From positions 66,479 through 130,478 of the forward strand of contig JAOUMY010000005.1 of the NCBI GenBank assembly GCA_029881255.1: a stretch of DNA of 64,000 bases, in the 5' to 3' direction. The notes beneath the pieces are model-generated. The model was not told the origin of the DNA, did no database searches, and worked only from the letters and a program-made list of their open reading frames with translations. Within the stretch, counting starts at the first letter, position 1. Each line of letters opens with the position of its first letter. The position numbers and the translations under genes are program-made. Source of the stretch: Gammaproteobacteria bacterium (lineage in GTDB: Bacteria; Pseudomonadota; Gammaproteobacteria; S012-40). Positions 20,207 to 29,823 of the stretch are shown here, in pieces.

Positions 20207-21702
20207 GAATGTATATCCCGTTTTGCTTGAACATCCCTTAGCATTTCACCCTTTAATGTTTCATCTATCCCAAGCTCATCACCGTAATTACTGATTGCAT
20301 CTAAAGCATCTGTAAATTTTTTTAATTCACAATATGCGCTAACTAATGATACTAATTCTTGAATACTCTGTGGTTTCACAAACTGTCTGTTTAACCCTGT
20401 CCAATCCCGTGAATTTTCGAAGGCTTTCAAAAGCAATTTTCTTCCATATATTGGCAGTTCTTCTATTGTATTGAGTAATTTTATAGCTTCTCCCTCATCG
20501 CCTTCGCTCAACAATCGCTCTGCATCAATAATCTTCGAACTTACCATATGTGCTTTCTTATCAATCGGAGTGCCTGCTGGAGATGTTTCAGAAGACCATC
20601 GGACCTCTGCGTATGTTTTCCCCCCATATTCTGATAGATATCTTGGCCCGAATACGTGCCCACTCATCATTTCTCTAACATGAACTTTAGCGAAGTCATA
20701 ATCATCGGATATTTCAATAATGTTATATTGCCTTCTTTCTCCGGTCGGCAATTCTCGCGATCCCACACACAGAGAGCCGGCGCTAACTAAAGCCATTGTC
20801 GCCTCTGAGGGTACGCTGATAGTTTGTGGTGATACTTCGGTTCTATGCTGATGACCATGAACCCCTAATCGAAAGCCACGATATATCATTTCATGAATTC
20901 TATTATTATCCATATAGTCACTCTGCTCAGGAGGACCGCTAGTACTATGATGCCAAACGGCAATTTTCAACAAATAAGGTTTTCCTGAGTCTTTAATTCC
21001 TAAGTACGCTTGACCTATCGCTCCTTCAGGTATAGAGCCAACATAACGATAACAGTCATTTCTGTAGCACGAATTAAATCCAGCTACAGCAATATTTCCA
21101 TTATCTAATTCAAATAGATTCCAATACCTGTCTTTTGTTAGCTCATACGCCAGATCCACTCCGCTATAAAAATCACAATAGAACTTTTCATAGTTCTCAA
21201 ACCTACTGTCATATAATTTTTTATCAGTAATGTGATAGAGCTTTCTATCCGCAAATGAAAATCTATAATCACTCTCAGGATTATTGAAATATTGCCTCAA
21301 ATCTGTGCGTCCATTTGGCGGCGGATCTGAAACCTCACTCATTGCGGAGAATGCTTTATTCCAGTCAACATCATGATTACCTGGCACTATTACAATATTC
21401 TTTTTATTGCCCCCCAAATATCTATCTACTAATTCACTTAAAAAATCATTCGCAGATTGGTATTGCTGCATTAACTTTTTTTCAGCGTCCGTTTCTCCTA
21501 TTCTTACACCCTGTACGATATCGCCGCTCACAATAATCGCATCGATTGGTCCGATTTCAGGATCCTCTTTCCTATGGTTACAAAAATCTTGATCCAATGA
21601 AGCTACTAAAGAAGCGTTATCAATAGGCTCATCTGGTGAGCGATGCAAATCAGAAATATGGAGAATCCTATACATAAGAATTCGTCCAAAGCCGGCTGAC
21701 AT
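20203..21702 (-). CDS. calcineurin-like metallophosphoesterase with C-terminal extension (cargo gene A)
   Basis: Motifs ILHISDLH (D-x-H), VSGDIVQG (GD), VPGNHD (GNH[DE]), WHH, HGHQH (GH-x-H). True start may be the internal MYRILHISDLH at 21675. Begins 18 nt after the hsdS stop. Confidence 0.75.
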   Translation of the reverse strand: MSAGFGRILMYRILHISDLHRSPDEPIDNASLVASLDQDFCNHRKEDPEIGPIDAIIVSGDIVQGVRIGETDAEKKLMQQYQSANDFLSELVDRYLGGNKKNIVIVPGNHDVDWNKAFSAMSEVSDPPPNGRTDLRQYFNNPESDYRFSFADRKLYHITDKKLYDSRFENYEKFYCDFYSGVDLAYELTKDRYWNLFELDNGNIAVAGFNSCYRNDCYRYVGSIPEGAIGQAYLGIKDSGKPYLLKIAVWHHSTSGPPEQSDYMDNNRIHEMIYRGFRLGVHGHQHRTEVSPQTISVPSEATMALVSAGSLCVGSRELPTGERRQYNIIEISDDYDFAKVHVREMMSGHVFGPRYLSEYGGKTYAEVRWSSETSPAGTPIDKKAHMVSSKIIDAERLLSEGDEGEAIKLLNTIEELPIYGRKLLLKAFENSRDWTGLNRQFVKPQSIQELVSLVSAYCELKKFTDALDAISNYGDELGIDETLKGEMLRDVQAKRDIHS

Positions 21703-21719
21703 TCATACTGGACACTTCA

Positions 21720-23135
21720 CTATATTCCATTTAATGATCCCTTGAATACTGAAGCTAAAACTGATTGTTTGTTTTTTTCTGCTTTTCTAAGCTGAACACC
21801 CAAATCATCGTCCAAGCGCTGGATTGCTACCAATCGTTGCTCTACCAACCGGACAATTTCTTCTTGTTCCTCAATGCTTGGAAAAGCTATTCGTAAAGTC
21901 TTTAAGTTGTCTAAGTTTAATCCTGGCTTTCCAGCACCATAAGCCGCCTCTTCTAGTTTTTTTCTTGCACCATCTTTACTTATTAGATATGTATAGAGAT
22001 ATCTCACACATTTCGTTATCGTCGGCCTACATAACGCAACATGCTGGCTCACGTAGGCTTCATCTAATTCAATATTTACACAGCCTGTCTTTGTCACATT
22101 TGCACCAGTGATGGTTATCAGAAGATCTCCATACTTAACTCTTGTTCTCATGCCTTCCGCTTTATCGGGCAAACTTACATACGCAATACTATCTAAATCT
22201 AATACATCATATTTCAAATTCTGAGCTCGTATAAACGTTGCACCAGAATCTGCGTAATACTTTGCCCATCCTCTTGAACCCGATGTTATATATTCAGTCA
22301 ACTGGTCTAATGAAGCCGTTATCCATTCACTTGGTAACTCAAGGTCTTCTGGAAGGACAGGTTCTATATACTTCCCCTTCCACTTATCATCCTTGGGCAT
22401 TTTGCCTTTAGCTTTGAATTGCTCGAGTTGTTGTTCTTCCCATTTTTGGCGGCGTTCTTTGAGGATACGTTCGAGTAGTTGGGAAGCGGGTTCGAGCTTT
22501 GCCTTGTTTGCTTCGCGCCATTCTTTGGTGAGTTCGCCGGTGACGGCGGCTTTGAGGACGGATTGGCGGTATTGTTTGAGGAGTTGTTTGGCTTTTTTTA
22601 GGGCTTCGATGCCGGCGTCGATATGGGAGAAGAGTTCTTCGATTTTGGCGACGATGCGTTTTTGTTGTTCGGGTGGTGCTAGAGGCACTGGGATCTGTTT
22701 TAGGTCCGCCTGATTCAATTTGAGCCTAGTTGTACCACCCACATAGTCTTTGTAATTAAATTTATTGAGATAATGCAGAAGATATTTATTCGAAGTAACT
22801 CCTTCTATCGCATCTAATATATGCGCATGGTTGTTGACCCAGAATTTCCCCTTCGCAATGTAAGCAACATTCTTTGATTTATCGAAGAACGGCGCACCGT
22901 CTTCACCAATTAATAGATACTCGCCTTCGAATATGAAACCATCAATGACGCCTACTTGACCTGTTGCACCATAATACGGATACAGCTCGTCTTGAGATTT
23001 ACCATCAATTCGAGCAGATCTTTCTTTACTATTAATTGGAATACGCTTCGAATCTAAAATCTCAGCACAATCCGAAAGTGGCGATATAGCCCACCCTTCA
23101 GGCAATTCATTCATTTTCTCTAATACTGCACTCAT
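21720..23135 (-). CDS. hsdS: Type I R-M specificity subunit HsdS
   Basis: Two target-recognition domains (AT-rich). Conserved central and C-terminal coiled-coil repeats (LPEGWAISPLSD...; second TRD LPSEWITASLDQL...). 471 aa. 4-nt overlap with hsdR. Confidence 0.85.
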   Translation of the reverse strand: MSAVLEKMNELPEGWAISPLSDCAEILDSKRIPINSKERSARIDGKSQDELYPYYGATGQVGVIDGFIFEGEYLLIGEDGAPFFDKSKNVAYIAKGKFWVNNHAHILDAIEGVTSNKYLLHYLNKFNYKDYVGGTTRLKLNQADLKQIPVPLAPPEQQKRIVAKIEELFSHIDAGIEALKKAKQLLKQYRQSVLKAAVTGELTKEWREANKAKLEPASQLLERILKERRQKWEEQQLEQFKAKGKMPKDDKWKGKYIEPVLPEDLELPSEWITASLDQLTEYITSGSRGWAKYYADSGATFIRAQNLKYDVLDLDSIAYVSLPDKAEGMRTRVKYGDLLITITGANVTKTGCVNIELDEAYVSQHVALCRPTITKCVRYLYTYLISKDGARKKLEEAAYGAGKPGLNLDNLKTLRIAFPSIEEQEEIVRLVEQRLVAIQRLDDDLGVQLRKAEKNKQSVLASVFKGSLNGI

Positions 23136-25930
23136 GCAATGAGGTATCCGTTCAATTCTTGTATTAACTTATCTAGATCTTTCCCAAACAACTCCCTCGC
23201 CTTCAACAACCCACCCTCCTGGTTAAAGGGAATGTAGTTAAAGTCGTCTACCGTCATTTCGGCATTTTGGGCGATTTGGTCTTTTATTTTATTGAGCCAG
23301 GCGAGTTGGTCTGGCTGGAATGCTTTGTTTTGTTGTTTTAGCCAATTATTAAAGCGGTTGTTAACCAGCTCTGTGAAAGGTTCGAGCACGTCGCTTAGGC
23401 CGGTGGAAAAACGAATGAGGCTGACGATGTTGGTTAACAGCTCTTTCGGTGGTACGCCTTTGACTTTGTTTTTTTCCAACTGCTCGTAGGCCTTCCACAC
23501 TTCGATGGGCGCGAGATTATACGGCGGTTGCTGGATTTCTTCTGCCAGTTTTTCTATTTGCTCATAACTCAGGTGGCGCTTTTGATAGGGCTGCTGGTAG
23601 ATGAGCTGGATGGCGTCGAGTTCGTCTTTGTGGTCTTGAATAAATTGTTGCCAGTTTTGGATGAGGACTTCGGCTTTTTCTTCGTCGTAACCGGCGGCGA
23701 TCAGCTCATCGGCGCTGTCGTCGATGAGTTGGTCTGTGTCTTTGCGCAGTTCTTCGATGAGTTCGCGCAGGTCTGGATTGTGGAAGGGTTTGATTAGAAT
23801 ATCGGCCTTGGGTTTAAACGCTTCCTGGATTTGTTTCTCGTTTGGTTCATCGGTCTTGGCGTGTATTTTTGCCGCTTCGATTAAGGGCTCTTCGTTGGTG
23901 GCATGAATGAGTTCACCGGCGATGAGGGCCAGGGGTTTGTCGGTGCCAAGGGTTTCTTTAATTAAGCTGTTGACGCGTTTGCGTTGTTGGTCGTTGAGTT
24001 TGAGATCGAGCCGGATCATGCGGTTGCCGAGGGCACGCAGGGTTTCGGAATGGCGGTCGCCTCTGGCGACTTGTTCCATGAGTTTGGCGGTGGAGACGCT
24101 GGGTTTGGTTTCCAGTGATTTGGTTTCGGTTTTGTCGGTTTCGGTGACGCCGACGCAATCGACCAGCACAAAGCGGCTTTTACCGGGGGCATCGGGGGTG
24201 ACTTTGTGTAGTTCGTCTCGGCTGATGATGCGGGTGCCACGGCCTTTCATTTGTTCGTAGTAGGCCTGGCTTTTGACATCACGCATGAACATGACGCATT
24301 CCAGGGGCCGGATGTCGGTGCCGGTGGCGATCATGTCGACGGTAACGGCGATGCGGTATTGCGGATCGGTGCGGAAGGCCTTGATGGATTCTTCTGCGGT
24401 TTTTTTGCCGACTTTGTAGGTGATCTTTTTGCAGAAGGCGTTGCCTTCATCGAAGACTTCGCGCACGGCATCGACGATGCGGTCGCAGTGGTCGTCGTCT
24501 TTGGCGAAGATGAGGGTTTTGGGGACCCATTCCATTTTGTCTTGTTGCCATTTGCGCTCGGGGAAGCATTCTTTGAGGCAGCGGTCTTTATAGGCCTGGA
24601 TGACGGTGCGAATCTGGTTGGGGGCCAGAACGCTGCGGTCGAGTTGTTGGGCGAGCCATTCTTCTTCCTGGTCGAGCACTTCGAGGCGTTTTTGTTTGGT
24701 GAGGCGGTCGCGGATTTCGACGGCGGTGCCGGCTTCGATTTTGTTGCCCTGTTCGGTGAGCTCGGTTTTGATGCGGTAGATGTCGTAGCCCACATTGACC
24801 TTGTCGACCACGGCGTCTTCGTGGGTGTATTCGGAGACGAGGTTTTGCCCAAAAAAGCCGATGGTCTTTTTGGTGGGTGTGGCGGTGAGGCCAATGAGGA
24901 AGGCATCGAAGTATTCGAGCACCTGGCGCCAGAGGTTGTAGATGGAGCGGTGGCATTCGTCGATGATGATGACATCGAACTCTTCGATGGGGATGTCGGG
25001 GTTGTAGCTGACGGGCCGGGGCTCTTTGTTAATGGTACTGCCTTCTATTTCAAAGCCGGAGTGTTCGTCGGCCTCGTCATCCAGCTCTTGATGCGTAAGT
25101 TGGGAATACAGGCGCTGGATGGTGGAGATGGTGACCTTGGTGGCGTCGGGGATGCCGGCGCGGCCGAGGATGTTGACGTTGTAGTGTTGGGTGAATTTGC
25201 GGCCATCGTGGGGGATGACGAATTGTTCAAATTCATCCTTGGCATTGGTGGCGAGGTTGCCACGGTCGACCAGGAACAAGACGCGTTTGACCTTGGCGAA
25301 CTTGGCCAGGCGATAGACTTCGGTGACGGCGGTGTAGGTTTTACCGGAGCCGGTGGCCATTTGTAACAGGGCGCGGGGTTTGCCGGCTTTGAGGCTGTGT
25401 TCGATGCCGGTGATGGCGTCGATTTGGCACGCGCGCAGGTTGTCGGTGTTGAGTTCGGGGAGGTCTTTTAGTAAACGACTTCTGAGCGTCGTGCCCTCTT
25501 CTAACCATTCTTTACAGGTTTCGGGTTTATGAAAATGAAACACATTGCGTGAGCGTGGGAGCGGATCGCGCTCGTCGCGAAAACGAACTTCGTGGTTGGT
25601 GGCTTCATAGAGAAATGGAAGTGGTTTGTTCTCTGGCGCCCAACGCTCGATGTGTTTGGTATTGGACGTTGCGTAGCGTCCGGATTGCTCGGCCACACCG
25701 CCTAAATCACTGCCCTCGCGTTTGGCTTCGATGATGCCGCAGGCCTTGCCATCGATAAACAACATGTAATCAGCAGGACCAGTATCGGTATCCATTTCGC
25801 GCACAGCGACACCAATATTCTCGAAGAGATTGAGACGATTTTTATCCTGCACCACCCAACCCGCAGCGATCAATTTTTGATCGATTTCCTGACGCGTTTC
25901 GGCTTCGAGTTTGGTGTAATCAGGACTCAC
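23132..25930 (-). CDS. hsdR: Type I R-M restriction/helicase subunit HsdR
   Basis: N-terminal nuclease-like domain ETRQEIDQKLIAAGW. Walker A QMATGSGKT. DECH box IIIDECHRS. 932 aa. Confidence 0.9.
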   Translation of the reverse strand: MSPDYTKLEAETRQEIDQKLIAAGWVVQDKNRLNLFENIGVAVREMDTDTGPADYMLFIDGKACGIIEAKREGSDLGGVAEQSGRYATSNTKHIERWAPENKPLPFLYEATNHEVRFRDERDPLPRSRNVFHFHKPETCKEWLEEGTTLRSRLLKDLPELNTDNLRACQIDAITGIEHSLKAGKPRALLQMATGSGKTYTAVTEVYRLAKFAKVKRVLFLVDRGNLATNAKDEFEQFVIPHDGRKFTQHYNVNILGRAGIPDATKVTISTIQRLYSQLTHQELDDEADEHSGFEIEGSTINKEPRPVSYNPDIPIEEFDVIIIDECHRSIYNLWRQVLEYFDAFLIGLTATPTKKTIGFFGQNLVSEYTHEDAVVDKVNVGYDIYRIKTELTEQGNKIEAGTAVEIRDRLTKQKRLEVLDQEEEWLAQQLDRSVLAPNQIRTVIQAYKDRCLKECFPERKWQQDKMEWVPKTLIFAKDDDHCDRIVDAVREVFDEGNAFCKKITYKVGKKTAEESIKAFRTDPQYRIAVTVDMIATGTDIRPLECVMFMRDVKSQAYYEQMKGRGTRIISRDELHKVTPDAPGKSRFVLVDCVGVTETDKTETKSLETKPSVSTAKLMEQVARGDRHSETLRALGNRMIRLDLKLNDQQRKRVNSLIKETLGTDKPLALIAGELIHATNEEPLIEAAKIHAKTDEPNEKQIQEAFKPKADILIKPFHNPDLRELIEELRKDTDQLIDDSADELIAAGYDEEKAEVLIQNWQQFIQDHKDELDAIQLIYQQPYQKRHLSYEQIEKLAEEIQQPPYNLAPIEVWKAYEQLEKNKVKGVPPKELLTNIVSLIRFSTGLSDVLEPFTELVNNRFNNWLKQQNKAFQPDQLAWLNKIKDQIAQNAEMTVDDFNYIPFNQEGGLLKARELFGKDLDKLIQELNGYLIA

Positions 25931-26174
25931 GTATTTGCTTCACCGCGTGTTTGTGTTTGAGGTTTGGGATTGTAAAGACCGTAGTCGTGGGTGGCTACTG
26001 TCAAAAACGACAGTTCTGCTCACGATTTGATCAACAAAACGCTTGAACACACGCCAGACGTCGGCGCTTATCGGGTGTGAACACACCCACTTGGGTACAG
26101 CCACTACAAACATCATCATTAGCATTCCTTTTTCTAATGTTTTCGGGCGAGGTCCAAGAGTACGCCCGATGGGT

Positions 26175-26230
26175 TGGGAATGTAAAGTTATTAAGGGATT
26201 TCAGAGGCTTGCTAGTACATTTGTACTATC
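26175..26230 (+). repeat. conserved about 55-bp intergenic element, copy A (…tgtaaagtt…tcagaggcttgctagtacat)
   Basis: Shares the cgcccga / tgtaaagtt / tcagaggcttgcta core with copies at 28605-28660, 32052-32108 and 34243-34300. Confidence 0.6.
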
Positions 26231-26272
26231 GATTGAGAAGACTTGCTTCGAAGCCTTAGCGTTGAATGAAAT

Positions 26273-26455
26273 TTAAAATGCGCAAACAGGTTTCGGCAGA
26301 CTGTTGTGTGCTAGGTGATTCAGTGTAGTTCCTGCTCTAAATTCTTCGGGAAGGCGGAACATCTCCTCAATCAACCCGCCTTCAATCATGTCAATAAAGA
26401 TGTTCGCATCACTGATTAACAACATCTTGCGAACACTCCATGTTCCGACAGGCAT
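26273..26455 (-). CDS. short ORF, possibly truncated PIN-like/DUF4411-like gene often found downstream of HTH-ImmA regulators
   Basis: 60 aa. LLISDANIFIDMIEGGLIEE resembles a PIN-like N-terminus. Overlaps the ImmA gene end. Very tentative. Confidence 0.2.
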   Translation of the reverse strand: MPVGTWSVRKMLLISDANIFIDMIEGGLIEEMFRLPEEFRAGTTLNHLAHNSLPKPVCAF

Positions 26456-27476
26456 GGAGTGCCGATACTGACATTCCTAGTAATTCCGCAGCTTTTGATT
26501 CGCCAACAAGGTCTTCAGCTAAGGCATGGTAAACAAGTTGTTCAAACATACGAGCCGTTTCTTGAGGAAACTGTGGGTCGGGCTCTTGTTCTTTCCAGCC
26601 ATGTTTATTGAAGTATCCCCATAGTTTTCCGAAATGCTGGTTCGGCAATATACCGAGATCGCGTGCACGATAAAGCCATCCGCCCATGCTTAAGCCATAC
26701 TCGTGTTTGAGTATCATGAGTTCGCGCGGCTCTATCCAGGTTCGTTTGTTACCGAGATTCGCTTTTACTTTGCTTTGTGGTGCCAGGAATGCACCTGCGA
26801 AACGATGACAAGCGAGTTCTTCGTCCAAGTCTTTATTGAGGCGCCCATTGAGCACCAAGTGGCCTAGCTCATGCGCCAAGGTAAAACGCTGACGGTCTCC
26901 CGGCCAATGCTTTCCTACTACTACAACAGGACTTCCGTTGACGGTAGCAGACAGTCCATTGAAATGTTTGTGTCCGTCATATTGAGTAATAAAGACTTTA
27001 ATACCTTTTGCTTCGAGGGTATCTATCAGCACAGGAATCGGGTTTAGGCCGAGTTGCCATTCGGTGCGTATTTTATCCGCGACGTCTTCGATTTCATCAA
27101 ATGATTCTATTTGACGTGGCAAGTCTTCCGGAAGGACAAAAGGAACAGACCAGGGACTCGGAATAAATTCCTCCAGTTCTATCCAACGTTCAAGTTGCTC
27201 TTTTACGTCGGCATATACCTTTGCCTCTTCTTTAGCAGGCAGTTTTTCATGTTCACGATGTTCAACGTTCTCTAGCTCGACACTGACCTGGCGAAAGAAG
27301 TATTCGGTGCGAACATTTAGTGCTTTTGACAAGGCGAGCAAAACTTTCGACGAAGGCGTGGACTCGTTCCGTTCATATTTGGAGATCGCCATTGCTGTAA
27401 TCTCGGCCAACTCAGCCAAATCCCGCAATGACAGACCGGCAGCTTTCCGCGCTTGTTGTATCCGTTCTCCGATCAT
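26409..27476 (-). CDS. XRE-family HTH fused to ImmA/IrrE-type zinc metallopeptidase (DUF955) regulator
   Basis: N-terminal HTH QARKAAGLSLRDLAELAEITAMAISKYERNES. HEXXH motif LAHELGHLVL. 355 aa. Confidence 0.8.
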   Translation of the reverse strand: MIGERIQQARKAAGLSLRDLAELAEITAMAISKYERNESTPSSKVLLALSKALNVRTEYFFRQVSVELENVEHREHEKLPAKEEAKVYADVKEQLERWIELEEFIPSPWSVPFVLPEDLPRQIESFDEIEDVADKIRTEWQLGLNPIPVLIDTLEAKGIKVFITQYDGHKHFNGLSATVNGSPVVVVGKHWPGDRQRFTLAHELGHLVLNGRLNKDLDEELACHRFAGAFLAPQSKVKANLGNKRTWIEPRELMILKHEYGLSMGGWLYRARDLGILPNQHFGKLWGYFNKHGWKEQEPDPQFPQETARMFEQLVYHALAEDLVGESKAAELLGMSVSALHACRNMECSQDVVNQ

Positions 27477-27571
27477 TCTTGCTTCCTCGCAGCAGTTTAC
27501 ATAATTATTATTTCGAATGAATTTTTGTAAACTTTAGCATTCTAATCCATCGAGGTCAATTACCGGCATTG

Positions 27572-28480
27572 CTAAGCTGTTGATTTTATATACGGCACCC
27601 TCCCCACCGCCACCCCGTGCGCGTTCGCGCTTTCGCAGTGGACGAGTTGGTCGTCGAAAAATATGTGTGGGCGAAATGCCTTGAGGACTTCGCCTTTGGG
27701 CATGCCGCCGAGGAAAAACGTTTCGTCGAGGTCGACGTCCCAGGCGCGCAGGGTGCGGATGACGCGTTCGTGTGCGGGGCTGGCGCGGGCGGTGACGAGT
27801 GCGGTGCGTATCGGTTTGGGTTTGCTTGGGTGTTGGTTTTGTATATAGGCGAGGGATTTGAGTAATTTTGCGAACGGGCCTTCGGGTAGGGGTTTTTGTT
27901 TGTTGTCGCGTTCGTGTTTGACGAAGGCGTCCAGGCCTTGTTCTTTATAGATGCGTTCGGACTCGTCGGAGAACAACACCGCGTCGCCATCGAAGGCAAT
28001 GCGGATTTGATCAATTTCTGTCTGCTCGGGATGCGCCGGTGTTTCGTATAACAAGGCGGCGGCGATGTTGGCGTTGACTGCTGCTTGCACATCATCTTCA
28101 TACAGCGACAAAAACAAATCGATTTTGTAGGCGTGCAGATATGGCGCGAGGGTTTCACCGCCGGTGAGCGCGGCGCGTTGAATATCGAGGCCGTAGTGTT
28201 CGATGGAGTTGAATATGCGCAGACTGGTCTCGGCCGAATTGCGCGACATGATCACCACCTCGGTGGTGCGCTCGCCGGGCAGGGTTTGATTGAGTTTGAG
28301 AAAGGCCTTTACCAGCGGAAAACCGGGGCCGGGTTTGAGGATGTCGTTTTCGTGGGCGAGTTGATGGTCTTCATAGGCCCGGAGCCCCTGCTCGTCATAA
28401 ATGCGATTCTCCGCACTCAGGTCAAACAAGGCCCGCGAGGATATTCCAATAACGAGGTACTGACTGAGATCGACTGGCAA
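27572..28480 (-). CDS. HAD-superfamily 5'-nucleotidase (cN-IA-like / PF06189-type)
   Basis: HAD motif I IAFDGDAVLFSDESE (DxDxV). 302 aa. Family assignment from overall similarity recalled from memory, not searched. Confidence 0.5.
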   Translation of the reverse strand: MPVDLSQYLVIGISSRALFDLSAENRIYDEQGLRAYEDHQLAHENDILKPGPGFPLVKAFLKLNQTLPGERTTEVVIMSRNSAETSLRIFNSIEHYGLDIQRAALTGGETLAPYLHAYKIDLFLSLYEDDVQAAVNANIAAALLYETPAHPEQTEIDQIRIAFDGDAVLFSDESERIYKEQGLDAFVKHERDNKQKPLPEGPFAKLLKSLAYIQNQHPSKPKPIRTALVTARASPAHERVIRTLRAWDVDLDETFFLGGMPKGEVLKAFRPHIFFDDQLVHCESANAHGVAVGRVPYIKSTA

Positions 28481-28604
28481 ACATACTCCCTTTCAATGCT
28501 AACTCAGACACCAACCTAACCTGGGAGAGCGACAGGGTGTGTCGCTTGCATGGCAAATTGTCCTGATTTTGCCAATGTATTTCTCGGCGGCCGAAAGAAG
28601 CATA

Positions 28605-28660
28605 GGTCGAACGGGTGGATGTGTAAAGTTTTTAGCGAAATCAGAGGCTTGCTATTACAT
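28605..28660 (+). repeat. conserved intergenic element, copy B
   Basis: gtgtaaagtttttagcgaaatcagaggcttgctattacat. About 90 bp upstream of the 28752 gene. Confidence 0.6.
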
Positions 28661-28751
28661 AAGTATTACCTTCGGGGCGCTATTTACGCTGGCCATACAC
28701 GGCCAACATCGCTAACATAGCCGTTCCTTTGGTCCGAACAACAATAATCAA

Positions 28752-29402
28752 ATGCCAATCACCAGAATGCCGATTCATGTGCGTCTATTTCTCAGCGGTC
28801 TTGTGCTTTGCGCTTTGTCTTGTTCGTTAGTGTTTGCTGCCAATGTCGAAGATATTCCGCCGTGCGATAGCCCCAGTTGCGACCGCGTCGCGCAAACCAT
28901 TCCCTGGGAAAATGCGCACGCAAACCCTGACGGACAAACTGTACGCATCGGAAGATTTTCCTTCGTCATCCCTACGGGGGCTGAGGTACGTCTATCGGGG
29001 GATCTGACTTTTTTTCACTATAGTGATAAGCCGCGTCGTTGGTTGTCTGTTCGCTTGAACTCCATACAAGACGTCGATCTGACAGAAGCGGATTTAGGTG
29101 ATCTGCGCTTTGCCGATGCGGTTCGCATATTGTTCACTAAGACTCGCCAGGACAAAGAGCCGAGCAATCTTCATGCACGCAATATGTGGCGCAGCCTGTT
29201 ACACGCCAAGTCATTACACATTGCCGAGAACACGCCGGTGTATTTCTCTCACCGTGGTGACGCGGAAGTGGCCTTCGGTCAGTGGGAGGATGGCAGACGG
29301 TTTGTGTTTATAGCCAACAAACACACTTCCCATGCTTACGTACAGATAGAAGGCACAGGTTTCAGTGACGCGGAGATGAAGGGTTTTGCTTTTCAAAATT
29401 AA
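28752..29402 (+). CDS. secreted hypothetical protein (signal peptide)
   Basis: MPITRMPIHVRLFLSGLVLCALSCSLVFAANV. 216 aa. Confidence 0.5.
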   Translation: MPITRMPIHVRLFLSGLVLCALSCSLVFAANVEDIPPCDSPSCDRVAQTIPWENAHANPDGQTVRIGRFSFVIPTGAEVRLSGDLTFFHYSDKPRRWLSVRLNSIQDVDLTEADLGDLRFADAVRILFTKTRQDKEPSNLHARNMWRSLLHAKSLHIAENTPVYFSHRGDAEVAFGQWEDGRRFVFIANKHTSHAYVQIEGTGFSDAEMKGFAFQN

Positions 29403-29416
29403 AATAAGAGGAAGCC

Positions 29417-29749
29417 ATGGGCGCATTACAGCAAGAAGAGATTGCTGCCTTCGAATACATCTTCGAAGCGACATTCAAGGACAATCCTAAAAATCATGGT
29501 TGCGGCGTTCCCAACCGCCGAACGATTGATGCAATGGAAAAAGTGCTGGAAGAAGCAGAGAAGTGTAATAAGAATCTTTCCCGACTCATTACGCAACTGT
29601 TAGGAATCGCCATTCGTGGCCGTGGTTGGCTGATGCGTATACTCAAACAGTTGGGTAAGGAACTGAGTTTCAAGTTTCGTATGTGTCTTACCTTTACCGC
29701 GGGCTACTACTATAAATCCGTGGTGATTGAGACTATGTATCAGTGTTAG
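29417..29749 (+). CDS. hypothetical protein
   Basis: Good RBS aagaggaag 7 nt upstream. 110 aa. No recognised domain. Confidence 0.4.
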   Translation: MGALQQEEIAAFEYIFEATFKDNPKNHGCGVPNRRTIDAMEKVLEEAEKCNKNLSRLITQLLGIAIRGRGWLMRILKQLGKELSFKFRMCLTFTAGYYYKSVVIETMYQC

Positions 29750-29823
29750 TCTTGAAATTTGGGATAGATACAACTTTCTCTGCGAACCGAACCAATAAAA
29801 CAAAATCAATAAAGGAGATTTGT

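Noticed and set aside
24251-25366. 371-aa + strand ORF, with further 214-aa, 122-aa and 117-aa ORFs on either strand, in the same region
   Set aside because: They lie entirely inside hsdR in other frames. Translations are low-complexity G/D/V/A- or P/S/T-rich, the typical alternative-frame read-through of a GC-rich gene. They have no start context or independent homology.
27586-28158. 190-aa minus-strand ORF and 144-aa + ORF (28085-28519)
   Set aside because: Alternative-frame or antisense ORFs within the 5'-nucleotidase gene.
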